Of a stretch of DNA of 64,000 nucleotides, positions 62,855 through 64,000 are shown piece after piece. Both the position numbers and the translations under genes were made by a program. Location: the NCBI GenBank assembly GCA_951406725.2, contig OX597837.1:21824001-21888000 (forward strand). Reading direction: 5' to 3'. How positions within the stretch are numbered: the first letter of the stretch is position 1; every line of letters starts with the position of its first letter. This stretch comes from Octopus vulgaris (lineage: Eukaryota). The notes below the pieces were generated by a model. The model made no database searches. It was not told the origin of the DNA and worked only from the letters and a program-made list of their open reading frames with translations.

Positions 62855-62968
62855 TTAATTTATTTTATAGAAGGAGCTTCTACAGGACTAGAACTGTTTC
62901 ATTCAAATGATGATTTCATTTGAATGAAACAGTTCTAGTCCTGTAGAAGCTCCTTCTATAAAATAAAT

Positions 62969-62971
<3 letters not shown>
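62855..62971. repeat. Perfect palindrome, 56-bp arms, 5-nt loop
   Basis: 62855-62910 is the exact reverse complement of 62916-62971. Confidence 0.95.
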
Positions 62972-63019
<48 letters not shown>

Positions 63020-63309
63020 GTATATATGTATGTATGTATGTAGAGTATGTTTTCAGCTTCTGCCAACCAAATTCTTTAATGGGGCTCTGGTCAACTCAAG
63101 GCTACAGTAGAAAACACTCGCTCAAAGTGTTGCATCATGTGACTGAACCAAAAATTACATGACTGCCGACCAAAGTTTTTAACCACACAGCCATGTCTGT
63201 ACCTCTGTGTGCGTGTGTGTGTGTGCATGAGAGAGAGAGAGATTCAGATAAATATGGTACTAATGTTGAGGCACCAGAATTTAGTACACACACACATGCA
63301 CACACACAC

Positions 63310-63470
63310 GATGGGCTTCTTTCAGTTTCCATCTTTCAAATCTACTCCCAAGGCTTTGGTCGGCCCAGAGCTATAGTAGAAAACACTTGCCCAAGGTGCC
63401 ATGCAGTAGGAATGAATTGTGAAACCCCATGGTTCTAAAGTGAACTTCTAAACAATGCAGCCAAGCTTGC
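63310..63470 (-). mobile_element. SINE group A 5' half
   Basis: gggcttctttcagtttcc...acacttgcccaaggtgcc. Confidence 0.8.
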
Positions 63471-64000
63471 AAACCTTTTCTGAAAAACAGCAAACCTTTT
63501 CTGAGAAACCAAGAAACATATAGTAAAACCATAACATTGAGAAAAAATATAACATTTTATGTAAATGTGAAAAGGATTTATTTTGGTAAAACAATTTAAA
63601 AGCAAAAGAGACCTCACCACCCACCACCTAAATATAAAAAAAGTTCTCTCCATCACCAAAAAAAAAACTAAGTCAACCTCTTTTCCTCTCTCCACTACCA
63701 AACAAAATATTTTGACTTTAAAAAAATAGACTCTATGGTTTCTTGGTATAAGTTACTACTTTCTACATACACATTCATTCAAATATACATATAGGCGTTC
63801 ATGCATAGGCACTGAGAAACACAACATCACCAACATATGTAGCAAAACAATTTCAAGGAAGTGTATAAAAACTTATGGTGATGGTGGTGGTGGTGGTGAT
63901 GCTTGTGGTATTAAATGGTGGGGATGGCAATGGTGTTGAGGATGATGGTGGTAGTGGTGAAGGTGAAGATGGTGGCGGTGGTGTGCTGGGAGTGATTGTT

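Noticed and set aside
1-64000. The 60-240 aa ORFs in the supplied track as real genes
   Set aside because: They translate microsatellites ([12 protein letters not shown]), SINE bodies that recur in many copies, or TE remnants; no recognisable host protein domain or exon chain.

Overview
AT-rich, microsatellite-dense eukaryotic DNA that is very probably a coleoid cephalopod (Octopus-like) intron or intergenic region; the organism is inferred from repeat composition only. I find no convincing host protein-coding gene, and almost every ORF in the track is a translation of microsatellites or SINEs. The window is a nested mosaic of mobile DNA. It holds four tRNA-headed SINE groups (my labels A-D) with exchangeable tails, RTE-clade LINE 3' ends, one decayed Penelope-like (PLE) retroelement plus several solo PLE terminal repeats in (TA)n tracts, Tc1/mariner, hAT, piggyBac-like and Chapaev3-like MITEs, two non-autonomous Helitrons and a candidate solo LTR. 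Four signals stand out. (1) A family of minimal hammerhead-ribozyme-like motifs in the PLE termini has a fixed A6>U core change while position N7 varies. (2) At least five unrelated long palindromes have arms carrying hammerhead-like GAAAC ends. (3) The RTE 3' UTR holds a variable-copy array of hairpin plus H-type pseudoknot units. (4) A CpG-retaining LTR-like segment carries a 4-unit heat-shock element and a CRE. Coordinates were read by eye, and edges of old repeats are approximate (about +/-10-20 nt).
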